A DNA stretch of 64,000 bases from NCBI GenBank assembly GCA_013265495.1, contig MU059126.1:7058349-7122348 (forward strand). Reading direction: 5' to 3'. Positions 51,953 through 64,000 of the stretch are shown piece after piece (position 1 is the stretch's first letter; each line of letters starts with the position of its first letter). The notes under the pieces were generated by a model that saw nothing but the letters and a program-made list of their open reading frames with translations, did not search any database and was not told the origin of the DNA. Source of the stretch: Vicugna vicugna. Lineage: Eukaryota. The translations under genes were made by a program, and so were the position numbers.

Positions 51953-54299
51953 TACAAATACACGTATGACCAGCAGGGTGTGTATAAAGATGATCACAGT
52001 CAGAGTGGTAGTGGAATTACAGATCAATCTCTTTTTCTTTGCTTTCCCCCCTCCAAGTCATAATAAAGCTGTATTATTTTTTTTAATGGGAGGAGATATG
52101 CCACTAATTTCAGAACATGAAGAACATGAACTAATTCACAAGCGTGAAGAAATGACCTGAGTGATCAAAGGCACCATTTGGCTAGAAGAAAGGAGACTTG
52201 GGCCATCACGGGCAGGATTTTGACAATAGGATGGGAGAGTAGTGACTCGTATCCAGCACACTGGTTCTCCTGGAAGTCTTCAGCATCCCAGAAAACTTTT
52301 AACTCTCTTTCCTCTATAGTTTCCTACAGATGCACACAGACTGAACAGTATTAATACCCTGCTTATTATTTTCATGTCATGCACTCACTCACACAAGAAA
52401 AATACCTAGCCATGACTCAAAAAGAATCCATTCACCTGGTAAGGTTCAACTAAAAGAGCATCAAAATAAGACGCATTTTTCCACTTTTGAGTCTGTGTTC
52501 AAAGCTCACATGTACTTTTCCAAACCAGGGGAAGAAGGCTATTTAAAAATAAATAAATAAATAATAGACGGTCTTACTATTCAAAGCCTGTCAGGTTAAA
52601 ACATTCCCAGAGAGACTGATCCTTTTGATAAAAAACAGGAGCAAACCTTTGTGCTGTAGCAAATGCAGCTGTGGAATAATCGCACTAATTAGCTGCTCAA
52701 GACAAGCCATTGGCTGTGATACTGGGGGAAAAAATCCTTTCAATTAACAGTAAAGCATTCTTCAGACATCTTAAATTAAAGTTACTAGGTATCAACCGCA
52801 CTGAGGCTTCAGACTTTAAAGTCAACAACAATATCGTTGAAAACATTGACTGGAATGTCCTATCAGGAAAAGAAATACAGATTTCTATGGCAGACGCATA
52901 TAAAAAAATTAAAACCCCACTGAAGAAAATCTAACAGAGCTCGGCTGATTGATATTATTTTAATAAATCTTCTCAAGAAAATAAAAGAAAGGAAGAAAAC
53001 CATGCAAAGGAAGATGTAGCCACTTCACTGCACACACTCCCTGCGTGATATTTCCATGTTAAAGATGACTCTCAGATTTTCAGCTTTACTCTCAGTCTTT
53101 CAAATATCGCTTTCTCTTAGAAATAACTGAATCTGCAATTATCACCTTACAGACAAAAATGAAGAATCTACACTTCAAAATGCTAGCAGGTCAACTGAGA
53201 ATAACGTTTTAGACTCAAAGTCGAGGTTTATGTGAGAACATCACCGGTGGCCAAAAGCTTATTTTTAAAATGAGGACCTGATGTTTAAACCACTAATGAT
53301 AAGCGAGAAGAGTTGTCCAAATGTGTTTAACTTTAAAAGCTAACTGAACTCATCCAGGGCCCAGAAAGCTCCATCTGCATTAGGTAATCCTAATTCCATC
53401 AGTCTGATTCCTTTTAATTAGATTATGTAAAGGTCATTTATTCAACAAATAGTTATTGAGTGTTTCCTCTGTGCCAGGTGCAGGGAATACCTGGTTTCTA
53501 ATCTCACTGAGTTTAAAGCCAGGGTCACCTAATTTTTCTGAGATACCTCCAAATTAAGTCAATTATCTAGATTATCTGACTCTCAGCTAGTTCCACGTGG
53601 GAAGGTGTATGCCTCACTGTAAGAAATCACTCTTTGAAAGCCAACTTCGGGAGGCAAATGCCTTTACTGGCACTTGCCCAAATCACTGAAGCCAGACATA
53701 CAACTTCTCTGAGAACTGGGAACTGCTCAGTGGTGACTCAAGAAGGACGGCCATCAAGGGGACACAAGTCGAGCTCCATTACTGCTGAGCAACCTGATCT
53801 TCAACGAGCCACTCAACCTCTCTGAGCCTCTCCTACATGCACAGCAGTGGTTGAATAAGCTATCGTCAGCTAACTTAAAGTGCCCAACACACTGGCTGTA
53901 GCCATGAATGTGACCTGAGTTCCTATCTCGATGGCAGAATTTACACTTTAAGCCTTCAAAGCCTCCCCCTTCTCTGTGACGGTGTAAGTAGGTGGACACA
54001 TGCCCTGAACTATCCGGTATATTCCTGAATTCAAATAGTTAATTCCACTGCCTTGATCAACTGTTTAAATACATCAGAAATTCCATGGCATCCAATACTT
54101 AGCCATTCAAACATCTGCATGACCATCCCTACCTTTGATAGCGATGCAAACGCCCCTTCACTAAACCTTATCAGTCAGTCTTTGGTCTCTGTATCTTGGT
54201 CAACCAGGACATGAATCTAGCTGTCAGGTGAAATGATTAGTTTCTAGGCTGAAAGAGCTGATAAATTTCCCCCTGCATTTCCTCTCTTCAATTTCTCTG

Positions 54300-54480
54300 G
54301 CAGGGTCCAGCTCTGCCACTTACTAACCTGTGACTATGGCCAAGTTAGTCTCTTTGAGCTTTGGTTTTCCTTATTCATAGAGTGTTTAGTACCTCTGCCT
54401 CTCAGCACGGTGAGGAGGATTAAAATTTGTAATAGATGTAAAAAGTTTAGCATAATGACTGGAACATAGGTCGGATAAAT
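54300..54480 (+). mobile_element. MIR SINE
   Basis: CCAGCTCTGCCACTTACTAACCTGTGACTATGGCCAAGTTAGTCTCTTTGAGCTTTGGTTTTCC. Confidence 0.75.
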
Positions 54481-54937
54481 TGGAACAAAATTCACAAATT
54501 AGCAGCAAAAAAATAATAATATGAAACCATGAATATGCTACCTCTTTTTTGGTGCAAGGAAGCAGTTTTTTTGTAAGCCTATATGCAAGTTTGGACCAGA
54601 GCAGATCTGACTGTGAAGGTTTAGGCAATCTCTGTTTGATTCAGAGGATATGACAAAATTCTGCAGGGGTGGAGAAAGAAGACAATTTTCCCTGCAATTC
54701 TCTCACGAGATAGAAAGTAAAAATCCTAGAGTTTTTCTCCAGGAAAAAACTGATCTTCATTATAATCATTCAATTAATAGAGCTCACAGCCTAGCATTTG
54801 CTGGAACTGGATACAATGTCATTATGTCCAGCAAAGCACAATGGCTGATGTTCACATACACAGTGGGGACGTAAGAAGGCATAATAATTAACTTCATGCA
54901 CAGGTGAGAAAGCTGTGTCATGGGTAGGCTAGGCTAC

Positions 54938-55120
54938 CAGGGTTTCCAAATGCAAAAGGCTGGCTCCCCCAAAATCAGCTGAGGGCTGTGTCTAAAATCA
55001 AAATGCCCAGGCTCCATCCCTAGACTTTCTGATTTCAGGTTAGGGAAGGCCCAGGAATCAATATGTCTACAAAAACTCTGCAGCTGATTCGGATGCCACG
55101 TTTGGAAATTAAAACACCCT
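54938..55120. mobile_element. MER5-type DNA transposon
   Basis: AAAATGCCCAGGCTCCATCCCTAGACTTTCTGATTTCAGG...GGCCCAGGAATC...GCTGATTCGGATG. Confidence 0.6.
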
Positions 55121-57489
55121 AGATCACCCATCTGTTTCAGAGGAGAGCTGGGACAGGAACCTACATCTTTGATTCTTGACCAGAACACTTTCTTTCATGT
55201 CTGAGGAAATTCACAACCCAATTCCCACCTCCAGTAACCCTGACAAGAGCTCTGATAATGAACCCAACATGTTGAATGGAATGGAAAGGGAAGGACTACA
55301 CACTCCTGCCAAATGGGCTGAAACACCAAACAAACTAAAACAGCTGTCCAGATACCACCAATGACGGTTACAACATCTGTAAGGAACCTACAGGCCGAAT
55401 CTATAAAAATTACCCCAAACAGTTTGCTCTGTTAGCTAAAAGTCTTTAAAAAGTAAGTTCAAGTGCAAAAATCACTGAAGTAAGAGTCAGTAAATGGATA
55501 CATCTTTTTAAATGTCAGTCAGGGGATCTAACATTTCAGAATGATCAGTACTTCCATTATCTTAACCTTTACCTTCCTTTCAAAGTAATCACGTTTTAAG
55601 CCTAAGGATGAGTTTTTCATCATGTATGATGGAACCAAGCACCAATAAGAGAATATACTGTTACTTGTATAGAGGATATACATGTGAAATACATGGTATG
55701 TCTGATGTGTAGTATATATGATATATGATACATATGATAAATATGTATCACACTTAAAATAACTGAGAGTATAATCCATATAAATGTGAAAGTACCAGAT
55801 TTCACAGTTTGGCTTAAAAAACTGAGGTCTTCTGGACTTCAGTCATCACCAACCTTGGTTTTAGTGGTGAAGAAAAAAAAAATGAAAACCTGCCAAACGA
55901 TTTTTTCTGGTAACATTACCAGCTCAGACAATAAATACTACAGGTTTCTGGCACAGAGAAAATAAAAAGGATTTCAAAGTGCAGCTTGTCTTTCTCCTCT
56001 TCTTTCCTTCAACAAATATTTGAACATTTTCCAAGGGCCAGGTTCTGCTAGACAAGAGGATATCATGGTGTCCAAGGCAGACGCTACGCCTGTCCTCTGG
56101 AGCTCTGTAACTTTCATTGCACAAAAGGACGAAAACATTCTAAAAAGCAAGAACCCCCAATCATACATAAGTCAAAATCTGAAATCGTTATTTTTCAAGA
56201 CCTGGACCCCAATGAGTTTGAAAAAAATGTAGACTCTCCATATATATTCAGGCTTAATTATCTTTAAACTGGTCTTTCAACAAGTGCCAGAAGAGTAATC
56301 ACCATAATTGATTAGATCAAAGAGCAAAATAATAGGGCTCCCAATATACCAATATTCTTCAAAGGAGGGTACAAAAATGATACCCTGGGGTGCAGAAAAA
56401 AAAAGATGAGAACACTTGTATTGATTTTATCCATCATTTCCATTTTCTATTTTTGTGTATGATGGATATTATAATACAGTACTAGTAAAGGGGGCACATG
56501 TATATAATTTCCAAGTAAAATAAAAACATGTTGAGTTTGCTTGGAAAAAAATCTTACTTTAACTAGGAGGGATGACCAAAAATGTTTGGAAGAGCTCTGT
56601 AATATCAGACCAGTATTTTTCCAGAAAATTTTCATCACCAAATTTTCTTTAAGTTGATTATCTTCACCACTCCCAAAGAGTCTTGCACTTCTAAGCACTC
56701 CAACCGAGGGAAGTGCCGATTTCTTTAATATTAAAAGACATTTTCAAACACACATAGGAGGATGCCATTTCCTCATTTTATGACCATGACAGTCCTCCAC
56801 TTCCCACTGATGGGTTTCCACACTTAACACTCACACAATGCCCTTCAAGGAAATTATTTCCGACAACCCACTATCAAAATGTTATAACGCAGATAAAGTT
56901 GAGGTGCCCCACACTGAAGCTTCCTCCTGTCTCTCCTATCAAGCTGCCTTTTACTAGACCACATTTTAGAATTCTTGTTTCCTCTGTCCAACTATGGAAT
57001 CTCATTCACATCTAAATGCCGTGTTTTAAAAGGCTCTGAAAAATTCATCCCCTAAAAGGTGTAAGTAATTGATATGGCATGACAAGATATCCCACTTAGA
57101 GTATTTTAAAAGGAAGAACTTTTTATCCAAAACTATGACAATCTAATGACAGAATTCAGAAATGAATGTGAAAGTAATTGGAAGGATCTTTTTAAAGACA
57201 GAAAGCTCTTCTATCTCTACTCAAATAATTGCCCAGTCACAGGGCATGCTCTGTCCACCTGTCCTGGCAACATCACAACAGATCAGAGAAGATTCAAAAG
57301 CCTTAGACTGCCAGCACTTAACAATTACTGCATGTCTAGGATGTATCTACCAAAATGCAAAGTTTGCAATACTGTGTGGAAATCAAGACAAAAGGACCGA
57401 TTACGGTCTCAGGAGCAGTGCATGGGTACACCTGTCATAGTTGAAGGGACAGCCTTACAAATAATGGCAATGACTTAAGGTGGTCACAT

Positions 57490-58010
57490 GCTACTTATGC
57501 CTGCCCAGCATCCTGTCCCACTTCTTTGGCAAAGTACCTCCCAATTTCATCTTTGAAAACCAGCCTCCTCACTTTCAGTTCATGAGGTAGCTTATAGTGA
57601 TGCTTCTAACTCCAGACGTAGAAACACGACAGAGGCTCAACCAGTCACCATGCGTATCAAATGGCCTTGTACTCCAAAACAGCCCAATAAGAGTCAGCCC
57701 TGTCTTTGACTAGAACTACTGGGGTAAAAGAACTCTCTCTATACTAAGGTTTGGAAAGATGCTAGGATGTAAATCTGGAACTTCCTGGACCTGTGTGCAA
57801 AGAGAGCCAAATGAGGTGAAACAGTAATGTGAATTGAAAGAGGGAACAGAGGACTAAGGAGAAGGAAGAATGAAGGCAGAGCCAGTGTTTGGATGACACC
57901 AGGCATCTGGATCAAACCATCTCTCTAGCGTTGATAACCCTGGACATAGGGAACTGACTCACAGTGACAGTCTCCATTTTTGTTTGAGCCAGTTGGATGG
58001 GCTCTGGTAG
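57490..58010 (+). mobile_element. old ERVL/MaLR-type LTR (MLT1/LTR33-like)
   Basis: GCCCAGCATCC...CAGCCCAATAAGAGTCAGCCCTG...ATGTAAATCTGGA...CTGGATCAAACC...TTTGAGCCAGTTGGATGGG. Subfamily uncertain. Confidence 0.55.
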
Positions 58011-58159
58011 ATCATAGTTCATTTTTGTGACATTTTAGAAAATATCAGTTTATCCAAAAGAAATAATCAAAGTTTCAGCCTAAGATCTACAATTCAATCT
58101 AATACCCATTCTATTTTCTCCTTGCTTCACCTAGTACACTGCCATTCACATTTCCCAAC

Positions 58160-58400
58160 TTTCCAGGAGCTAGGTTGGCTTCATGCCTAAGTTTTGCCAA
58201 TGAGACTAAAGCAGAAAGGTCATGTGGTATTTCCAAGAATTCTCCCTAAAGAGATACCTGTCTTTGCACTGCCTACCATCATGTCTCCTAGAATTTAGTT
58301 GTAATGGCTGCAGCTCCAGCAGCCACTTTTGACCATGAGGATGAGTCCCAGACTTAAGGATAGAGCTGGAATGTTCCTGGCCCTTCATGACCAGAAAGAG
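58160..58400 (+). mobile_element. MLT1-like LTR fragment
   Basis: GCCAATGAGACTAAAGCAGAAAG...GTAATGGCTGCAGCTCCAGCAGCCACTTTTGACCATGAGG. Confidence 0.55.
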
Positions 58401-59019
58401 CCAAGCTCCACAGGGCAGAGATTTTTCTGTTTTATTCACAATAAATTCCCCAGCACCTAGAAGAACTTACCACATAGTAGGATGAAATAAATCTCTCTCT
58501 AATTAGTAAATTTGGTATCTCTATTCTATCAAATACCCCACCTCCTCCTAAAAGTAGGTAATGCTAGAACCTTGGTGTTGGAAGACCTTTAGTCAAACCA
58601 TTTACCTCAGTTCTCCAAGGACAGAGAATACATTTTTTCCAAAAAGCTCTAAGCTCTAAGAGACCTACTGTATTAACTTAATTCTAAGATAAAATTTCCC
58701 TCCACATTTTAAGACTTCTCAAATCAGAATAGGTCGTATAATCAATGTATATATTTACTAGAGTCCTTTTCTCCCCCCAACAGTTGCCTTAAAATCAGTA
58801 GTGAACTGGATACAAGGAAATATACTTGAAAGACGAATACTGTGGCACTGAACTCATTCTGGTCCCTCAGAAGCTCAAAGGAGTTATAGTTTGGGTAATT
58901 CAGAAATCTGGGCATTGGATAAACCAACTCAACTAAAAGCAGAGGAAGAAACAGCAATTCATTTAGTATCTGAGATAAGAATCCATACAACAGAACAGAG
59001 GAAAGCATAAGCCCTGGAC

Positions 59020-59225
59020 CCAGAGTACCTCTGCAGAAATCTCAGCTCCATCATTTCTCAGCTGTATGACTTGGACTGGATCTTTCACCTGCCCAAACCT
59101 CCATTCTGTCATCTGCAAAATGGAGGTCGGAAAAAAGTACCTTTGTCACAGAGCCATTATGAGAACTTAAAGTGTTAATGCAAGTAAGAGTCTTAGAATG
59201 GTGGCCAGCACACCATGCAGACAGT
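59020..59225 (+). mobile_element. MIR SINE
   Basis: CTCAGCTCCATCATTTCTCAGCTGTATGACTTGG...CATCTGCAAAATGGAGG...ATGAGAACTTAAAG. Confidence 0.7.
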
Positions 59226-60510
59226 AAGTAAAAGTTACGGAATGACTTCTATGCTGCGCTCTAGTTCCTGAACTGGTATCCTCTGAGCATCTTAGTATCT
59301 CGTAAACTAGTGAAAACTGACAAGTTATTTTCTAGGAAGCCAAATCTCTTACAATGTTGCCTTCTGCTCTGGTGTTCCTTTGCTGTCTTGGAGGAAAATA
59401 CAAAAGAAACAATTAATTCACAGTGTGCATCCTCCCTAAAAGAACAGGCACAAAGCAGTTAATCGGCAACAGCTCAGTGCACAAGTTTTGTCAAAGATGT
59501 GTGCTAAGAATTTCATTCTGAGAATCCATCAGGGAAGCCTGCTCCTGTGGCAAGTATTTTAGTTAACCAGGAGAAAAAAAAATGAAAATCAATTAAGCCA
59601 AAGTAGTTGAAATTAAGAATTAATTTGGGTATAAATTCAAGGATGATATCACTACTGCCCTTATGCTGCGTGAGAATGGTATGGTGCATCCATTCATGAC
59701 CTCCATTAATTCGCTTTAAAATAATATTTAAAAAATTGGTAAGTTATGGAGGACATTCTTGTGGGGTATGAATCACAAAGAACAACCCTCATCTCCCTAA
59801 CTGCTATCTGATTTACAAAGCAGAAATTCATAACATTTCTAACATGATGGCATTTTAAATACATAATTATGTATACTCTGTTCATAAAATGTTCTATTAC
59901 TTTAGAGACATGAGTAAACTGTTTTAATGACATGTACAGTGAAAAAAGTCTATAAAGGCAAACTCAATACAGCAAAAATAGCACAAGAAATCAGAAATCA
60001 TTCTAAAAGCTACTGTAAAAACTTTTAAAGATATATCTACTGAATATCAGGAACTTATGCCACTCTTAAATCTGTGGGAATTTTATTTTTTTAAGAATCA
60101 AGTTCTAAAAATAGTTCTGCTACGTTTAGTATTTTTCCATTATTCTTGCCGTCTTTAAACACACCTTCACAAGCTGCTGAACATAATGCTTTTCTGACTT
60201 AATCAAAACCTCTCTCATGACCCAGGAACGTTCAGTAAATAATTATTAAGCTCCAGAGGTGGCTTTTGCTTAAGTTGATTTGCTTGAATGCCTATTCACT
60301 TAGGGACACAGCTTTTAGCATTGTTTTCAAATCTTATCACCTAACATTGAAAGAAAATGTTGGAAGAAGAGGGGAGGGGTGGGGGGGGAGAAGTTATCAT
60401 CCATTTAGCATTTCTCCATTTTAATATTTCTTTGAAATGCCCATTTCAAACTTGTTCTACATTCTATGCCAGATAGAGGATTCTGAGGTTTGGATGTTTT
60501 GTTTTCCTTT

Positions 60511-60562
60511 TAGAGAGANNNNNNNNNNNNNNNNNNNNNNNTATATATATATACATATATAT
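60511..60562 (+). repeat. (AG)n/(TA)n microsatellite spanning a 23-N gap
   Basis: AGAGAGA on the left of the gap and TATATATA... on the right. Confidence 0.8.
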
Positions 60563-61104
60563 ATCAATATACAGAAATGCAAATGAGATGTTTATTAATG
60601 CAACTAATTCTATTCCACAGTCAGGGGGAAAAAGGGAGAAAGCAAAAATCCAGAGTGTTTGCAATGGGACAATTTTGACAAATGTCACTAAGCACACTCC
60701 TTTTCCTGAGGAAGACCCTTTTTTATTCATCACAAACCTGGGCTGCAGCCTACATTGTAATCATAAATCAAGCTCTGTTCTCACTCAGGTTTTTCAAGCA
60801 GTCATTGTTTGGCATTATTAATTTAAGACCAACATTCCCTTTTAAACAAGAAGGCAGAGCTAATGGGCTAGCATTTTGATTCCTCCCACAAATTAGTTGT
60901 TATCCCTGTCACAGCCACCTACTAGAGGTTACAGCTGAAGCCGATTAAAGCCACAGTCACAAAGTAACAGTTCCAGTATTTTTAACTACCAATAAATCTT
61001 CCCTTTCTCTGTCCTCCCCTTAAAAAAAAAGAAAAAAACAAAAACAAGAACAAAACTCCTGTTAAGTGGTCCCAGGATTATTTCCAGAATAAAACTTCAC
61101 TTAC

Positions 61105-61353
61105 AGATATAAGCTNNNNNNNNNNNNNNNNNNNNNNNNNNNNNNNNNNNNNNNNNNNNNNNNNNNNNNNNNNNNNNNNNNNNNNNNNNNNNNNNNNNNN
61201 NNNNNNNNNNNNNNNNNNNNNNNNNNNNNNNNNNNNNNNNNNNNNNNNNNNNNNNNNNNNNNNNNNNNNNNNNNNNNNNNNNNNNNNNNNNNNNNAACGG
61301 TGCCTGGTGTCTGTCTGCAACCGCAGACCTGTTTAATCCAGTACCTACTGTAC
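61105..61353 (-). other. TMCC1: 5'-UTR exon of ~249 nt, interior hidden by an N-gap
   Basis: Acceptor CATTTTTGTCCTGCAG|GTACAG (AG = 61354-61355) and donor TATATCT|GTAAGT (GT = 61103-61104) bracket the 180-N gap. The length depends on the gap estimate. Confidence 0.55.
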
Positions 61354-62349
61354 CTGCAGGACAAAAATGCTGCCTCACTCTGCAAAGGGGGCTATGCAAG
61401 GACCCAGGCGCTGCCAGAAATCCAGCCCAGCAGCCAGGCGACACCTCGGGATGCTTGCTTAGCCCTCCCGAGCGCAGGGACCGGTTGAGGCTTGCAGCGG
61501 CTGCGCGTTATTAGAGAACTTGAAAGGAGAGGTAATTTCACATACCGGTGAATTTTTAACACTTAAGAGAGCCACAGAATCTAGGAGGGCTGTGGGACTG
61601 CTTGTGCCCTTCTCCACTAGGGAGATCTCCGGCATCATCACACGCCTCTGGCTGCTTTGCATCCGTGCACAGGCATTTTTGGAACCGGGGCTTAATCATT
61701 GAACATGCTCTCCTGCTGACAGGCTAGAGATCTGGACAGCATTCCTCACCCTCAGACCCCAAGAATATCAGGAAGGCTCTCCTTGCCCAGGACTAGTGGA
61801 AGTCAAACCCGAGCTGCTTCTAACTGCGGGCACTATCTTTTGGGACATCTTTAGGCCAGACATCTGTGTATTCTTAGACTGCCATCCAATTAAATTCTGA
61901 ATGCACTGGTATACAAGAAGAGAAAAAAATAATGACAATATGTGTTCTCAAGACACTTTACAATTCTGACATGACAACATCAATATTATCAAATATGAAT
62001 GCAGTTCCTACAGACTCAACACACCAAACATGTTCTACAGAGTTAGTGAAATGTGTCTGTTTCTCCCTACACACAATTCAAAGGTCAGAATAACCTCTGA
62101 CCATCTGACACTGACTAGCTGTGTACCCTGGGAAAGTTACTTCACCTCTCTGTGCCTCAGAGTCTGTCTCCAAAGTAAATGGCTGGAAGACAATGCAATT
62201 TCTATAAGCCACAAATCAAACCTGCATTCCATAATGTAGTAAAATTATGTTTTTTTTAATTTCCCCTTAATACAAGGAAATATCCAGCCAGGGGTCTCAG
62301 ACAAACTATTTCTGTCTCCTTTTATTCTTTGTTCCTTTTTTAAATTCAT

Positions 62350-62960
62350 TCTTTCTTTTGTTGAATAAATATTTATGGAACACCTATGTCCTGGACACTG
62401 TGGAAATTCTTGGGGTTTACAGTCTAGCGGGACACATAGTAAATAATCATCCAAATACATAATGAAAAACATGATGACTGCCACAGGGAGCTGGGAAAGC
62501 ATAAAATGTAACGGTCAGAAAATGCTTCCCCTAAGCATGGCCCTCTGGGCTGATAAGTGAGTTGGGGTGGCAGTCGTGGGGTAAGGGTGTGGGGAGGGCA
62601 GGGAAGGAGAGTTTTCTGAGCAATGGGAACAACATATGCAAGAATCCTGAGGTGAGGAGCTGGAAGATTCATAGCAGCTGGAGGACACAGAGTAAGTGAA
62701 ATCATGGCATCTGTGAGACTAAAGCAGTGACTAGGACCAGACCATGCGGGATCTGGGAGATTGGGGAAGGGTCACTGATCTTGTTCAAAGATGAACAGGA
62801 AACCATTGAGCAGCTGTAAGCAGGGGAGAGATGGGCTCAGATCTGAGTCTTCAGAAAGGTCCCCCTGACTGCTATACTGAGAACCACCTAGAGGAGGGGC
62901 AAGACTGGCCACTGCGATGGTCCTGATAGGAAGCGATCACACTCTACTGGGGTGGGGTGG
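62350..62960 (-). mobile_element. L2 LINE fragment
   Basis: TGAATAAATATTTATGGAACACCTATGTCCTGGACACTG...GGGAACAACATATGCAAG...CAGACCATGCGGG...GGAAACCATTGAG. Confidence 0.75.
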
Positions 62961-63199
62961 GGAGTGAGGGGAGAAGGAACAAGAGTGGAGAGAAGTGGCA
63001 AAAAGTGCGTACATTATTGGTAAAACTAAAGACCAATAAATGGAAGGAATGGAGGTGGGGTGGGGAATCATTCAGTCATTCTTCACAATAGTTACTGAGT
63101 ACTTTCCACACACTGGGCATTGTGCTGAGTGTTAAGGTAAACAGAGGACTAAGATGCCACACCATTTCCCTTAACAACTTCCTCCACACCTCTCTTTTA

Positions 63200-63460
63200 C
63201 CTCTAGCACAATACAGCATAAAAATCAAGGATACAGGTTCTGCCACCAACGTATCCAGGTTCAAACCCCACCACTTACTAGTTCTCTGACCTTGTGCAAA
63301 TTTACTCAACTTTTTGTAACCCAGTTTCTTCACACAAGAAAGGGGAAATGATAAATAGCTATCCAGTAAGTTACTGTTAGAACTGAAGGAGAGAATATAT
63401 GGAATGTGTATGGCACACTCTCTGACATATAATAGCAAGCTCTCAATTAAAAAACAGCCC
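63200..63460 (+). mobile_element. MIR SINE
   Basis: CCAGGTTCAAACCCCACCACTTACTAGTTCTCTGACCTTGTGCAAATTTACTCAAC...CAGTTTCTTCAC. Confidence 0.7.
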
Positions 63461-64000
63461 TTATGATGATGATTGTGGTTGGAACTGTCTATTTTGGATG
63501 CACATTAACCAATCTAGAGAACCAGTGGAAATGCAACGGAAGAAAAAAAAAAACACATAGAAAAAGTGGAAGATCAAAAAAAATGGAGAAGGTAGGAAAT
63601 TATTGTATCAGGACCTTTAAGGGATTACTTTTTAAAAGACCAAGCTGGACTCTCTCCCACCTTGGACACTATTTGAAGCTGCATTAAGTTACAAGGTATC
63701 CGGGTAAATTTTAGAATTGAAACCCTGATTTATTACATGCTTACACACAGGGAAAATCTGTACCCTCCTTGGGATCTCAAATGTTGACCATGAAACCAAT
63801 GGTATCAATTCCAGCCATTCCATCAGGGGCACAATGTGGTGCCAAAGGCTCCCCTGGCACGTTCAGCCAATGACGTCGCCTGACATTCTGTCCTGGACAA
63901 TCTAACTAACCCCAAGAAGGCTCTCCATTAACTGTTTATGTAAGTGTTTAAATAAAATCACCTTTAAGGGGTATGTGTTCAACCTATTCATGGTCCTTCA

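Larger units (their letters stand above)
1..61353 (-). other. TMCC1: 5' portion (5'-UTR exons and long introns) of a minus-strand protein-coding gene, tentatively TMCC1
   Basis: Three minus-strand exons bounded by splice signals: ~249 nt, ~56-kb intron, ~52 nt, ~4.9-kb intron, >=136 nt. From recall (not verified), human TMCC1 has non-coding exons of ~251 and ~53 nt followed by a large exon with ~130 nt of UTR before ATG (MEPSGSEQ...). The + strand is rich in A-tracts, consistent with a T-rich minus-strand intronic transcript. No TMCC1 coding sequence lies in the window, so the name rests on architecture only. Confidence 0.5.

Noticed and set aside
52710-52934. Protein-looking 74-aa ORF (MAVILGEKILSINSK...)
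   Set aside because: Non-ATG start in the ORF track, no family I recognise and no flanking splice signals.
57146-57478. 110-aa ORF considered as a possible endogenous viral fragment
   Set aside because: No recognisable viral motif; AT-rich unique sequence next to an LTR remnant.
57583-57590. TGAGGTAG, a let-7-like 5' end
   Set aside because: The following bases do not match let-7, no hairpin partner is visible, and it lies inside an LTR remnant.
1-61353. SGMS1 as an alternative host-gene identity (multi-exon non-coding leader with similar intron spacing)
   Set aside because: By recall its corresponding upstream exon is ~90 nt, which does not fit the ~249-nt exon unless the gap size is badly wrong. 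Not fully excluded without alignment.
1-64000. CRISPR arrays, tRNA/rRNA/snRNA genes, prokaryotic operons or defence systems
   Set aside because: This is eukaryotic intronic DNA; I saw no regularly spaced direct repeats, RNA-gene consensus or dense coding.

Overview
Mammalian nuclear genomic DNA, not prokaryotic: AT-rich, CpG-depleted, and carrying ancient eutherian repeats (MIR, L2, old L1M, MER2/5/20/33/58/102 DNA transposons, ERVL/MaLR LTRs). The younger L1 3' ends resemble camelid L1 and I saw no ruminant, pig or whale SINEs, so a camelid draft assembly is my inference. Six N-gaps are present. No complete protein-coding gene, RNA gene or CRISPR array is supported, and nearly all listed ORFs are explained by repeats, N-runs or chance. 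Splice signals indicate the window is almost entirely intronic to one minus-strand gene. Three exons are visible: ~249 nt (61105-61353, mostly inside a gap), ~52 nt (5074-5125), and one starting at 136 that runs off the window start. This size pattern matches my recollection of the human TMCC1 5' region (about 251-nt, 53-nt, then ~130 nt of UTR before the start codon). That identification is tentative and needs alignment. The most interesting observations are: a spliced leader with several upstream AUGs, including one frame open across the exon junction; a CpG-rich internal promoter with an alternative first exon at ~32.4-32.6 kb; candidate cassette exons; and candidate antisense splice donors. 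I found no convincing novel biological system.
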